DNA of 64,000 nucleotides from a virus (Duplodnaviria; Caudoviricetes): IMG/VR virus record IMGVR_UViG_3300021958_000023, positions 96,001 to 160,000 of that record; one strand, 5' to 3'. Shown piece by piece: positions 9,138 to 17,566 of this stretch (position 1 is its first letter; each line of letters starts with the position of its first letter). The notes under the pieces were generated by a model. It saw only the letters and a program-made list of their open reading frames with translations, ran no database searches and was not told where the DNA came from. The position numbers and the translations under genes were made by a program.

Positions 9138-10297
9138 ACTTGCGTACCTGAAGTTCTTGAAACTGCTACGGTTAGTCCTTGTGTTCTTGGACTATGAGTT
9201 GTATCGCTAGAATAGTTGAAATAATATAAATTAGCTCCTGTTCCGTTATTTGGAGCAGGCATATGATACCCTCTTTCTGTAGAAGAAATTCCAGTCCCAT
9301 TATCACCTGCAACTGCAAGCTCCATTATATCTGTTGAATTTGCGTCAGAAGTAAAAGGAAATTTATCTACAACATCAGTAGATGATCCTGATCCTGTAAA
9401 CCCAGATAGAGAATATCCATTGGTAGGGCTAGATATTCCTGCAGCGCTAGTTTTTCCGATAGTCATATCTGCTATATAACTAATCGGCGTATCTGTAGAA
9501 AAGGGAAATTTATCTATACGAGTAGATTCTCCTGGATTTAGTTCACCTCCTGAGCTATATCCATGAGTAGTGCTAGCATGACCAGCAGGCGACATTTTAC
9601 CTTCAGTTAGGTTACCAATTCCAGTAGCGTTTGTGTCAGAAGAAAAAGGATATTTATCTATATTAGTATATCTTATTGTAGGACTAGGTACTCCTGTAGA
9701 GTTTTGACCACCCATAGCATAACCATCTGTAGGGCTAAAAGTCCCACCAGTATAAGATCTAGTTACAGCTAAATCTCCTACATCAGTAGAATCAGTATCA
9801 GAGGAAAAAGGATATTTTTCTATAATATTTGAAGAAGCTGTAGTGGGATATAAATAACCTCCTGCAGTATAACCATGGGTTTTACTAGCTGTACTAGAAG
9901 TACCGTGCCTTCCTTGGGTTAAATTACCTACATCTGTTATTCCTAAATCAGATGAGAGTGGGAATTTTTGAATGGTGTCACTAGTTGGTCCTACTCCCAT
10001 GCCCCATATTTGCTCATGAGGAGTAGTACCTGATGTTTGTGCGCCTCCTGCAATATATCCATAACCATCTCCTTGAAAAGTCCTCTCTATAAAAGGACCA
10101 TAAGATGTGGCACGCCCTGCTGGAGGATATAATACAGCACTATTAGTATCTCCAGAAACATAGGTTCTTAATTGAACACTATTAGTCTTAACTCCTAAAG
10201 AATTGTTAGCCCAAGCACCAGACCACGTAACATTACCTGCACGGGTTACTCCCTGCTTTGCTGTGAACATATCGTAATGAACATTAGCTAAAGGCAT
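9134..10297 (-). CDS. Kelch-like beta-propeller repeat protein, paralogue of 8118-9137
   Basis: Same repeat GYxxGG...IDKFPFSSDT...GNL, same FQG/YQG start of the propeller and same C-terminus GTQV. Confidence 0.65.
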   Translation of the reverse strand: MPLANVHYDMFTAKQGVTRAGNVTWSGAWANNSLGVKTNSVQLRTYVSGDTNSAVLYPPAGRATSYGPFIERTFQGDGYGYIAGGAQTSGTTPHEQIWGMGVGPTSDTIQKFPLSSDLGITDVGNLTQGRHGTSSTASKTHGYTAGGYLYPTTASSNIIEKYPFSSDTDSTDVGDLAVTRSYTGGTFSPTDGYAMGGQNSTGVPSPTIRYTNIDKYPFSSDTNATGIGNLTEGKMSPAGHASTTHGYSSGGELNPGESTRIDKFPFSTDTPISYIADMTIGKTSAAGISSPTNGYSLSGFTGSGSSTDVVDKFPFTSDANSTDIMELAVAGDNGTGISSTERGYHMPAPNNGTGANLYYFNYSSDTTHSPRTQGLTVAVSRTSGTQV

Positions 10298-10298
10298 A

Positions 10299-10445
10299 TT
10301 ACCTCACTTTTTTGCGAATAGGTGCATTAGCAATTCCATGGGAAAAACCGGAGCTTTTCTTAAGAGTTCTAATTTTAACTTTCTGTTTCTTTTTCTTTTT
10401 TAAGCCATAGTTAGACTTAAAAGCATCTACATTTGTAATATCCAT
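10299..10445 (-). CDS. Small basic protein (48 aa)
   Basis: Not in ORF track. GGAG RBS; MDITNVDAFKSNYGLKKKKKQKVKIRTLKKSSGFSHGIANAPIRKKVR*; stop abuts the next start. Confidence 0.65.
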   Translation of the reverse strand: MDITNVDAFKSNYGLKKKKKQKVKIRTLKKSSGFSHGIANAPIRKKVR

Positions 10446-10455
10446 TGTCTTCTCC

Positions 10456-10496
10456 AAAAAAATATAGAGGAATTGTCGTAGAGACAGTTCCTCTAT
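10456..10496 (-). terminator. Intrinsic terminator-like hairpin
   Basis: On - strand ATAGAGGAACTGTC-TCTAC-GACAATTCCTCTAT (one mismatch) followed by a T run. Confidence 0.65.
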
Positions 10497-10522
10497 TTAA
10501 AAGGTTTACAACATTCAAAAGT

Positions 10523-10807
10523 TTATTTTGAATATTTAACAACTTTTGGATTATATATAGAACCTGTAGCTGAGGAAAATTCTCCCACGTTTTTTATATT
10601 TTCTATCTGGGATTTTCTTTCATAATACTTATTGGCTTCATCATATTTCATAGCTTCTTCGGTCTGTTTATTAATTTCATTCTGACCAATAAATCTATAA
10701 ACTCTATCGCCAATAGTCTTAATCTCGCCATTACCCTGAAGTTCTTTTGAACGGGCTAAGCGTTTCTCAAAAGATTCTCTTTTAGGTCCAGCGTATTTTT
10801 CAGCCAT
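10523..10807 (-). CDS. Hypothetical protein (basic/charged)
   Basis: ORF tightly packed with neighbours; no recognisable motif. Confidence 0.6.
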   Translation of the reverse strand: MAEKYAGPKRESFEKRLARSKELQGNGEIKTIGDRVYRFIGQNEINKQTEEAMKYDEANKYYERKSQIENIKNVGEFSSATGSIYNPKVVKYSK

Positions 10808-10808
10808 T

Positions 10809-11102
10809 TTACTTCATGTCCTTTACCATGTTAGGAAATTTACCTTTACCATTTCCACCCATGTTACGCCCAGTTTTGTTAACTCTACCACCTTTAGGAC
10901 CTTGAGATAGTCCGTACTGTGGTTCCATAGCTGATACTCTGTCTTTAACAGGAGCACTCATGCCAGAACTTCCAAAAGGTGCTTTTTTCAATTTTTCATT
11001 TGAATTAATACCGCTCTTATTTGTTCCTCCACCTGGAGTTTTTTTATAAGAGTCAAAATAATCTCTAGTTTGTCCACTGACGGACTTCATTCTTGCAGCC
11101 AT
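10809..11102 (-). CDS. Small basic Gly/Lys/Met-rich protein, likely disordered
   Basis: AGGAG RBS; composition. Confidence 0.6.
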   Translation of the reverse strand: MAARMKSVSGQTRDYFDSYKKTPGGGTNKSGINSNEKLKKAPFGSSGMSAPVKDRVSAMEPQYGLSQGPKGGRVNKTGRNMGGNGKGKFPNMVKDMK

Positions 11103-11104
11103 TT

Positions 11105-11350
11105 TTATCTCCTTTTTCTATTATAGAATTGTTTTCTATTAATTGCTTGATTCTTAAATGGTGTATAGTAGGCGCACCATTCTTCATCAGTTAATCCTGA
11201 ACCAGAAGGTCTTCCTCTATGAGGCCTCGTAACCATTCTTCCCGCAGGTGTGTAAAAAGTACACAAAGAAGGTCGATCAAATGCTCTAACATCTGATCCA
11301 ACTCTTTCCCAAGCTTTGGTTCCGTTTGTTACCTTTCTTCTTATTCTCAT
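11105..11350 (-). CDS. Small Arg-rich protein, probably leaderless
   Basis: ATG lies 6 nt downstream of a -10 element; no SD. Confidence 0.6.
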   Translation of the reverse strand: MRIRRKVTNGTKAWERVGSDVRAFDRPSLCTFYTPAGRMVTRPHRGRPSGSGLTDEEWCAYYTPFKNQAINRKQFYNRKRR

Positions 11351-11356
11351 ATTAAT

Positions 11357-11385
11357 ATTATGTATTATTTTGTAGCAGCTGACAA
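11357..11385 (-). promoter_or_regulatory. Sigma70-type promoter
   Basis: TTGTCA-N17-CATAAT on - strand, in an AT-rich intergenic gap. Confidence 0.6.
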
Positions 11386-11403
11386 ATATTTAATTTAAAA
11401 TTA

Positions 11404-11640
11404 TTATGACTTGCCCTTAGCTTGTAAACTTTGAAGTTTATCTGAAAGACTAGGTTTTCCTTTTTCTGTTGTTTTTATCTTTTTAGCAGACTCTTCAGAA
11501 TATAAGTAGGAGTTTTTTGCTTTGAATAAAAATATATCAGATTTAATTCTATTTACTTTATCTTCTAAATCTCCATAAGGTTCTGGTAAATCATGTAGTT
11601 CTCTCATCTGAATTACTCGTAGTCTTAACGTATCTATCAT
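11404..11640 (-). CDS. Hypothetical protein
   Basis: ORF overlaps the upstream stop (ATGA). Confidence 0.55.
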   Translation of the reverse strand: MIDTLRLRVIQMRELHDLPEPYGDLEDKVNRIKSDIFLFKAKNSYLYSEESAKKIKTTEKGKPSLSDKLQSLQAKGKS

Positions 11641-12110
11641 CCACTTAATCCTTTAAGAATATAAACAAAAAATCCTAAAAGACTTAAACCAATAGTACAA
11701 GCTAATCCGATACACACCCACTCAATAAATTTTTGTCTTTTTTGTGATTGTTTATATATAGTCTCTTGACGTTCTTTTCTAATTTGTCCTTCCATACGAA
11801 TAAGTTCATCCCAAGCTTTTTGTCCCATTGTCCATGAAATATATTGCTTAAGCTCTTCTCTCATCTGTTCTGCTTTTTTCTTTGCAGCAAATGTGGCCAT
11901 CGCTTCTTCTTCGACAGAACCTTTGAACATAAGTTTTTTGAAAAGTGGAGGATTCTTAGCTTGACGCTCTGCTTCAGATAAATCAGACATAGCAGACATC
12001 CAACGACCTAAATCTCCAGCCATCTGTTCTATATCTCTTCCTACTTCAAATCCTTTTTTAATAACATTAAATGCTGCACTTGCTGTTGCTAATGCACTAA
12101 CCGGATCCAT
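11637..12110 (-). CDS. Helical protein with C-terminal membrane anchor (MDPVSA-type marine phage family)
   Basis: MDPVSALATASAAFNVIKKG N-terminus; C-terminal TM WVCIGLACTIGLSLLGFFVYIL. Confidence 0.6.
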   Translation of the reverse strand: MDPVSALATASAAFNVIKKGFEVGRDIEQMAGDLGRWMSAMSDLSEAERQAKNPPLFKKLMFKGSVEEEAMATFAAKKKAEQMREELKQYISWTMGQKAWDELIRMEGQIRKERQETIYKQSQKRQKFIEWVCIGLACTIGLSLLGFFVYILKGLSG

Positions 12111-12123
12111 CCTATCTTTCTCC

Positions 12124-12696
12124 CTAATTAGCTAAAGGATTGTCTAAGGCTCTTTGTAATTTCTTATTAAGACGATCTTCTAAATCTTTTAGTTCACGTT
12201 CTACTTTTGCCTCTAAGTCATCCATACGGCTTTGATTTGATGATTGTAGTCTATTCGCTTTTTCGTCATAATCAACTTGCAGTCTATCACGTTTATTCTC
12301 AAAGCGCTCTTCGGCATTTTGCACGATTGAGCGAACTTCGCCTTCAATTTTTCTTACTTCATCCTCTACACGATCAGCAGTTTTTTCAATAGCAAGAATA
12401 TCATCTCGTAAATCGCCTTTAATATCTCTTGTATAGTCAACAGCTTCATCAAGTTTAGTCTCTATCACTTCCATGCGCTGTTCAAACGCACCAATATCGA
12501 GACCAGCTACTTCTTCTACCTTTTGATACATTAGAAATCCACCATAAAGCGCACCAAGAACTGAACCAAGCACAGCAACAAGTGCTGATACACTCATAAA
12601 GGTTACTTTAATACCAAGAATTCGGAACTCTTTATTCTTAAGGTTCTCAATACCTTCTTCCATATTTTCAAGTTCTTGTCCTAAGTCTTTTGCCAT
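12124..12696 (-). CDS. Single-pass membrane protein with long periplasmic coiled coil
   Basis: TM VTFMSVSALVAVLGSVLGALYGGFLMY, then heptad-rich helix ending LDNPLAN; GGAG RBS before ATG 12696. Confidence 0.6.
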   Translation of the reverse strand: MAKDLGQELENMEEGIENLKNKEFRILGIKVTFMSVSALVAVLGSVLGALYGGFLMYQKVEEVAGLDIGAFEQRMEVIETKLDEAVDYTRDIKGDLRDDILAIEKTADRVEDEVRKIEGEVRSIVQNAEERFENKRDRLQVDYDEKANRLQSSNQSRMDDLEAKVERELKDLEDRLNKKLQRALDNPLAN

Positions 12697-12899
12697 ACCG
12701 GTCTCCATTCCCAATCAGGTACTTGACTCCAAAAATGAGCAGGTGATACAAAAGTAGTTTCCCAAAGAGCTATTTCTACTCTATACTCAAAATACAAAAA
12801 AGTAATATATCCAAAAGCAAGAGCCACAAAAATACCTAATCCTAACATTATTTTTTTATAATTATCTGTGTAGAAATGATCTTGATTCCAATCACTCAT
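12681..12899 (-). CDS. Small membrane protein
   Basis: One TM segment IMLGLGIFVALAFGYITFLYF; GGAGG RBS. Confidence 0.55.
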   Translation of the reverse strand: MSDWNQDHFYTDNYKKIMLGLGIFVALAFGYITFLYFEYRVEIALWETTFVSPAHFWSQVPDWEWRPVWQKT

Positions 12900-13189
12900 T
12901 AACATCCTCCATCTGTGTGGTATTTACGAACTTTACCCCAACAAGGGTCAACATGTCTAATACTGCCTCCAGGCACTTTCCATCCGGGATTTTGTTCTAA
13001 AAACTCTCTTGTTGCTTCAAGTTGAGGAATGTATAATCCATATATTTTAGTATTTGTTAAGCAGTCAGCTGCTTCATTAAAAGGAAAATCTATGAATCGT
13101 TCTTCTACAGGTAAATTTCTATCATACCCAAAAGCATCTAAACAATCTTTTGCTACTTGATTTACATTATTATCTAAAATTATATCCAT
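12899..13189 (-). CDS. Hypothetical protein
   Basis: Packed ORF with four Cys. Confidence 0.5.
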   Translation of the reverse strand: MDIILDNNVNQVAKDCLDAFGYDRNLPVEERFIDFPFNEAADCLTNTKIYGLYIPQLEATREFLEQNPGWKVPGGSIRHVDPCWGKVRKYHTDGGC

Positions 13190-13191
13190 TA

Positions 13192-13593
13192 TTATTTACC
13201 TTCTTCTGACAAAGCTCTAAGCCTTGCCAACTCTTGTTCAAGTTTTTGAATCTCTAACCTTTTTCTTTTTAACTCAAGTTGGTAAAGAGTATTACAATTA
13301 ACTCTTTCTTTTGGAGCATCTAAAGGAATGGTGATTCTTGCATATACACCTACATCTTTTGAACTATTCCCAGAACTGTTACTAAATGGGCTTTCATAAT
13401 TATCAATAATTCCCGTCACTCCAAATTCAAAATTTGTTGAACCTCCGATAGCATTTTTACAATCCATTTCTCCAGATTTAAAACTATCTTGACCATAAGT
13501 GCTAGGAGTAGAAGGAAGGGCTAAATTCAAAGAACTGTTTTCTGCTAAAGCTAAGGAAGGGATAAGTGATAGTAGTAAAATAATCTTTTTCAT
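13192..13593 (-). CDS. Secreted protein with Cys-bounded amphipathic beta-hairpin and C-terminal coiled coil
   Basis: Signal peptide MKKIILLLSLIPSLALA; C...NFEFGVTG...VGVYARITIPL...C; helix LYQLELKRKRLEIQKLEQEL. Confidence 0.6.
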   Translation of the reverse strand: MKKIILLLSLIPSLALAENSSLNLALPSTPSTYGQDSFKSGEMDCKNAIGGSTNFEFGVTGIIDNYESPFSNSSGNSSKDVGVYARITIPLDAPKERVNCNTLYQLELKRKRLEIQKLEQELARLRALSEEGK

Positions 13594-13594
13594 C

Positions 13595-13969
13595 TTACTC
13601 CTTAAACTTAGAGCATATCATAGAAGATATACCACTACCTTTATTATCTGTTAGTTTTGACCTAGAACAAATATATTTTGCCCTATCTTTATCTTGTATT
13701 CTTATATAAACATCAAACTTTACTCTTGATAAATAATCAACTTTTATTACTCTATAAGAAGTTACAAAAGGAATAGGGTTCCAGTCTTCATCAAAAACTG
13801 CTACTTCATAATACTTAACGTCAGCTCTTTTATTAAACATTTCCATCTCTGTGACTAAAAGATCTTCAATGTATGATAGTCTCCATTTTGGATATGTAGG
13901 TACCATTTCATGTGCTATCACAGAGAAAGGAATTATTAAGAATATTAGAAGTAATAAAAGTCTTTTCAT
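13595..13969 (-). CDS. Secreted beta-sandwich protein, possible fimbrial chaperone (PapD N-domain-like)
   Basis: Signal peptide ending VIA-H; P near the mature N-terminus, MFN...YYEVAVFDEDW, alternating strands and a Cys pair near the end. Confidence 0.4.
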   Translation of the reverse strand: MKRLLLLLIFLIIPFSVIAHEMVPTYPKWRLSYIEDLLVTEMEMFNKRADVKYYEVAVFDEDWNPIPFVTSYRVIKVDYLSRVKFDVYIRIQDKDRAKYICSRSKLTDNKGSGISSMICSKFKE

Positions 13970-13970
13970 T

Positions 13971-14471
13971 TTACTGGGCAATACATACAGCTTCTACGTG
14001 CGCAGTATAAGTGCCTCCTGGAAATGCTTTATTACCTCCATAAGTCGCGCTTGAACTTGATTTAAACCAAGTAGATCCTGTTGCGGTTAAATCGTACTGA
14101 GTTGTTTGACCAAATGTAGTTTTATTTGTTTCATATGACCCCATGCCTGTAGCATCACTTAGTGAACTTACTTCTGTTGAACCAGTCCACGTAACTGTAT
14201 CACTTAAAGATGGGCTAGATGAAAACTCAGTTGGAGTTGTAATCTGAGCATAATAGGCATCAGCAAGAGTTACATCATATCTAACAATAGGTTGTACACC
14301 ACCATCTGTAGCTGTTGTTGTTAGAGTATAGGCATTTGGGTTTCCATAAACACCCGGGGTGTCTACAGAAATAACACATCTAGATTGTACTGTTCCTTGA
14401 ATAGGAACATTTTCTGCGTAGGCAGAAACACTAAAAGTTAATAGTCCTAATATAATTAAATATTTTTTCAT
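13971..14471 (-). CDS. Secreted pilin/fimbrial-subunit-like protein
   Basis: Signal peptide ending SAYA; IQGTVQSRCVI at the mature N-terminus and PGGTYTAHVEAVC at the C-terminus match chaperone-usher pilin terminal motifs; Thr/Ser/Gly-rich beta content. Confidence 0.5.
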   Translation of the reverse strand: MKKYLIILGLLTFSVSAYAENVPIQGTVQSRCVISVDTPGVYGNPNAYTLTTTATDGGVQPIVRYDVTLADAYYAQITTPTEFSSSPSLSDTVTWTGSTEVSSLSDATGMGSYETNKTTFGQTTQYDLTATGSTWFKSSSSATYGGNKAFPGGTYTAHVEAVCIAQ

Positions 14472-14481
14472 TATTATTCTC

Positions 14482-15372
14482 CTAATCATACTGCATTTCA
14501 ATCATTTTTTCATGCAATAATTGTTGTGCAAGGCCATTCCTCAATCCCTGCTTATTATCCTCTATCTTCTTATCGACCAATACTATAGTTTCTTTATACA
14601 CTCCGCCAGGAATGCTGGCAGCATAATATGGATTTATTTGAACGGCTATGTTGATTGCCGCTAATATTTGAGACTGTGCTAGAGCTTCGGCAAATAGTGC
14701 AGAAGTATCTGCCGCTGAAAGAGCTTCTTCAAGTCTCATTTCTTTTTTATCTTCATCCTCTTCTTCGTCTTCAATCTTAGTCTCTGTTTCTTCATATAAT
14801 TCTGTATCAGTTTCTGTAGTTGCTATTTGCACAGCTTCATCTTCAGAAGCATTATATATAATACTAACATCGATAACTGGTATTTCTGGTACTGGAACCT
14901 TATACCCTGGACAGTTAGGATCAAATTGTGGGTCATAACAAGGATCTACCTTATACATATAAACCACACTAGGATCTGTAACAGAGCCACTACCTTCTAC
15001 TTCAATAGACCCATCACCCCAAGACTGTCTTGGGATATTTGGAATAACGGGGACAACTTTTCTAATTTCTGTACCACCAAGAGATCCCGGATTCCACTCA
15101 TCTGTCTCTCTAAATATATAACCAGTGCCATTAGCGTTTTCATTTTGAATGTGAACGTTTACTGAATCATCAACATCTTTTTGAATTGTGTAATTATAAA
15201 TTACTCCGTTAATGTCTAATCCAGGCGGTGTCGGTAAAATATTATTCATAGACCAATTTAAACCTGATCCTGCAGCGTTTCCTGTAGTACCGTAATAAGA
15301 AGTTATACTCTCAGAGTAGCAATAAGAGGGTAAGCAAACCAATACCACCGTAAGTAGCTTTTTCCTTAACAT
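14482..15372 (-). CDS. Secreted protein: beta-sandwich domain, DPC...PNCPGY motif, acidic linker, helical tail
   Basis: Signal-like N-terminus; DPCYDPQFDPNCPGY. Confidence 0.55.
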   Translation of the reverse strand: MLRKKLLTVVLVCLPSYCYSESITSYYGTTGNAAGSGLNWSMNNILPTPPGLDINGVIYNYTIQKDVDDSVNVHIQNENANGTGYIFRETDEWNPGSLGGTEIRKVVPVIPNIPRQSWGDGSIEVEGSGSVTDPSVVYMYKVDPCYDPQFDPNCPGYKVPVPEIPVIDVSIIYNASEDEAVQIATTETDTELYEETETKIEDEEEDEDKKEMRLEEALSAADTSALFAEALAQSQILAAINIAVQINPYYAASIPGGVYKETIVLVDKKIEDNKQGLRNGLAQQLLHEKMIEMQYD

Positions 15373-15850
15373 CAATTTTTTCTCCTGTGCCGTTCATTTC
15401 ATGCTTATCGTCTGCTACATGAGATTCCCAACCAATCTTTGCAGCCTCACCAATCTGCCCTTCATAAGGACACGGTGTTCCTGCCATCATCATAGCGTCA
15501 AATACTTGTTTATCTTGACACATGACAGAAACAGCAGCAACTTTCATGCCCATATCGTATAGTGTCTTCGCATTTTTAAGACGAATACAGTTTTCTTCTG
15601 TAAAAGTAGTACCGGCAGAAATGCCTAAGATTTGAGTTTGAACAGCTCCAGCAACACCGATTGTACATAAATCGCTATTGTTTCCAGAACTAAATTGTGG
15701 TGAAATTGCTGAGGGCGGAGGAGATTTAACTGTTGTAGTCATTTCTCCATTTGTTGTAACTGTACTATTTGTAGTAGACTCTGTTACAATTGTTTCTGCG
15801 AACGCAAAACTGCTATAGCTAAATAGCAATAAGAATATTAATTTTTTCAT
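15311..15850 (-). CDS. Secreted Cys-rich protein with C-terminal hydrophobic anchor
   Basis: Signal peptide ending AFA; PPPSAISP...C...GAVQTQILGISAG...C..L...GMKVAAVSVMCQ...AGTPCP; C-terminal GGIGLLTLLLLL. Confidence 0.6.
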   Translation of the reverse strand: MKKLIFLLLFSYSSFAFAETIVTESTTNSTVTTNGEMTTTVKSPPPSAISPQFSSGNNSDLCTIGVAGAVQTQILGISAGTTFTEENCIRLKNAKTLYDMGMKVAAVSVMCQDKQVFDAMMMAGTPCPYEGQIGEAAKIGWESHVADDKHEMNGTGEKIDVKEKATYGGIGLLTLLLLL

Positions 15851-15874
15851 CCAGTACCATCCTATTATAAGTTA

Positions 15875-16036
15875 TCACTCAGATTTTATAACTGTCCAAG
15901 CTCCCCATATGATTGCTGCCCAAGCAGCCCATCCCATTAGTGATTGAAATAATAAAGAAACAACTCCTACAGCTATAAGCATTGCACCATCCCAAGAAGT
16001 TCTTTCACTAATTCTATTTTTAATCCAATTAATCAT
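15875..16036 (-). CDS. Small two-TM membrane protein (53 aa), holin-like size and topology
   Basis: Not in ORF track: MINWIKNRISERTSWDGAMLIAVGVVSLLFQSLMGWAAWAAIIWGAWTVIKSE*. Confidence 0.65.
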   Translation of the reverse strand: MINWIKNRISERTSWDGAMLIAVGVVSLLFQSLMGWAAWAAIIWGAWTVIKSE

Positions 16037-16054
16037 AATATACCATCCTTTATT

Positions 16055-16306
16055 TCATTTTCTATATGATCTTGTTTTCTTAGCTATTTTTTTAGGCTGT
16101 TTTACAAATTGTTTTCCTGACTTTGAGCCTTTACGCTTTGCGGCATTAGTAGCACGCTTCTCACTAGGAGAAAGTGATTGCCAAGCAGCTTTTGGTAAAT
16201 ATCTACCACGTTTCTTACGAGGTTTTTTCTCTTCGCCTTTTGAAGAGTAACCCCATTCTTGACGAGTCCAATTTACTAAAGATTGTTGAGAAGGCTTCTT
16301 TGCCAT
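16055..16306 (-). CDS. Small basic protein (resembles C-terminal half of the family I recall as DUF5872)
   Basis: SQQSLVNWTRQEW...RYLPKAAWQSLSPSEKRATNAAKRKG...GKQFV. Confidence 0.6.
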   Translation of the reverse strand: MAKKPSQQSLVNWTRQEWGYSSKGEEKKPRKKRGRYLPKAAWQSLSPSEKRATNAAKRKGSKSGKQFVKQPKKIAKKTRSYRK

Positions 16307-16488
16307 TATCTATAACCTCCGCCAGCTTTTTTATAAGCAACAGCCAGCATTTGGGCTTTTCTAGCGCTCCATTGTCCAGGTGCGCCGCCTTTAGATCCTC
16401 GCTTAATTCTTTGGAAGATTTGTTTTCTCATAGTAGGTTTTGTATAATTACCTGCTTGATTAACTTTAGATTTAGTTTTCTTTGGCAT
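16306..16488 (-). CDS. Small basic protein (resembles N-terminal half of the family I recall as DUF5872)
   Basis: NYTKPTMRKQIFQRIKRGSKGGAPGQWSARKAQMLAVAYKKAGGGY. Confidence 0.6.
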   Translation of the reverse strand: MPKKTKSKVNQAGNYTKPTMRKQIFQRIKRGSKGGAPGQWSARKAQMLAVAYKKAGGGYR

Positions 16489-16496
16489 ATCAATTC

Positions 16497-16961
16497 CTAT
16501 TTTGTTATATTAAATCTTAGATTATCATGGTCTGGATAGTTTACTACAACCTTACCTTCAGGACAATCATAATGTATATAAGCAATTAGTGTTGCTAAAC
16601 CTTCTGCTACTTTGTTTTGATGATGTTCATCAATGGTAATTTTATATGCAAAAGTATCTACTTTATCTGTTGCGGGTCCCATAAATTTAGTAATACTTGG
16701 TTTTGCAGGATGAACAATATGTTCACTATCTCTTACATCAAGAACAAAGTCTTCTACAGTACAGTCATCTCTATGTTTTTCTCTTGCAACCTCAACTTTG
16801 AATTCACCATTTACAGGGCCGTCAGTTATTTGAAAATGTTCAGGAGCCCAAGTAAGAATAGGATCTTCTATGCCTAGCTTATCATATAAAGTGTAACCGC
16901 CTCCGATTAGAGCAAATGTTGCTGTCACAACTCCAATACCTTTGGTAATGCTATCAATCAT
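16497..16961 (-). CDS. Membrane-anchored periplasmic beta-sandwich protein
   Basis: N-terminal TM GIGVVTATFALIGGGYTLY, two Cys, beta-rich. Confidence 0.55.
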   Translation of the reverse strand: MIDSITKGIGVVTATFALIGGGYTLYDKLGIEDPILTWAPEHFQITDGPVNGEFKVEVAREKHRDDCTVEDFVLDVRDSEHIVHPAKPSITKFMGPATDKVDTFAYKITIDEHHQNKVAEGLATLIAYIHYDCPEGKVVVNYPDHDNLRFNITK

Positions 16962-17566
16962 TACTTTATAAATGCTCCTATTCTACCATGCAAATCTGGA
17001 TGATCAACATATCTCCAACCTTCTGGTGGTTCTGTATTTTCATCCTGCCATACAGGAACAAAATCTTCGTTGTCCCACTGAAAGTCTAAATTACGTCTAA
17101 GTTGACACTCAATTAACTTATTACCTATAAACTCACAGTTTACATATTCATACGGTATATCATTAAGTAGATCTGGAAACCTCAATATTCTCTCTAAAGC
17201 TGGGAGATCATCTACTTTACTCCATGCATCCCAGTACATTAACTCTTCAGGATCTTTAAACCCTTCAACACATAGAGTAATATTCTTCTTATAGTAGTCT
17301 ACAGATAAATGTCTTCCTTCAAACCACTCACACCAGAAATATCCTATTGGTAAATCGTCAGTGTCTTTTTCTATCCAAATACGTTCTGCTCCATAACCTA
17401 AACCTATTAAATTCATTATAGGTCTAACAATATACCATCCTGGTTGTGGAACATCAATTCCTACGGGGCCACACGTATACCCTAGTTTTTTAGAAAGTAT
17501 GAGTTTGTCATATATCCATATATGCTCTGGAGATAACGTTGCCCATACTTCGTCTTCTGTATTCAC
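16961..17566 (-). CDS. ATP-grasp-like protein
   Basis: YIVRPIMNLIGLGYGA (Gly loop), WCEWFEGRHLSVDY and NCEFIGNKLIECQLR parallel the ATP-grasp motifs VKP..G..G.G / QE.I.G.E.SVD / (D/E).....IE.N.R. Confidence 0.5.
   Translation of the reverse strand: MNTEDEVWATLSPEHIWIYDKLILSKKLGYTCGPVGIDVPQPGWYIVRPIMNLIGLGYGAERIWIEKDTDDLPIGYFWCEWFEGRHLSVDYYKKNITLCVEGFKDPEELMYWDAWSKVDDLPALERILRFPDLLNDIPYEYVNCEFIGNKLIECQLRRNLDFQWDNEDFVPVWQDENTEPPEGWRYVDHPDLHGRIGAFIK

Noticed and set aside
15875-16036. Definite holin / lysis cassette
   Set aside because: Topology fits but no endolysin or spanin is recognisable nearby; left as membrane protein.
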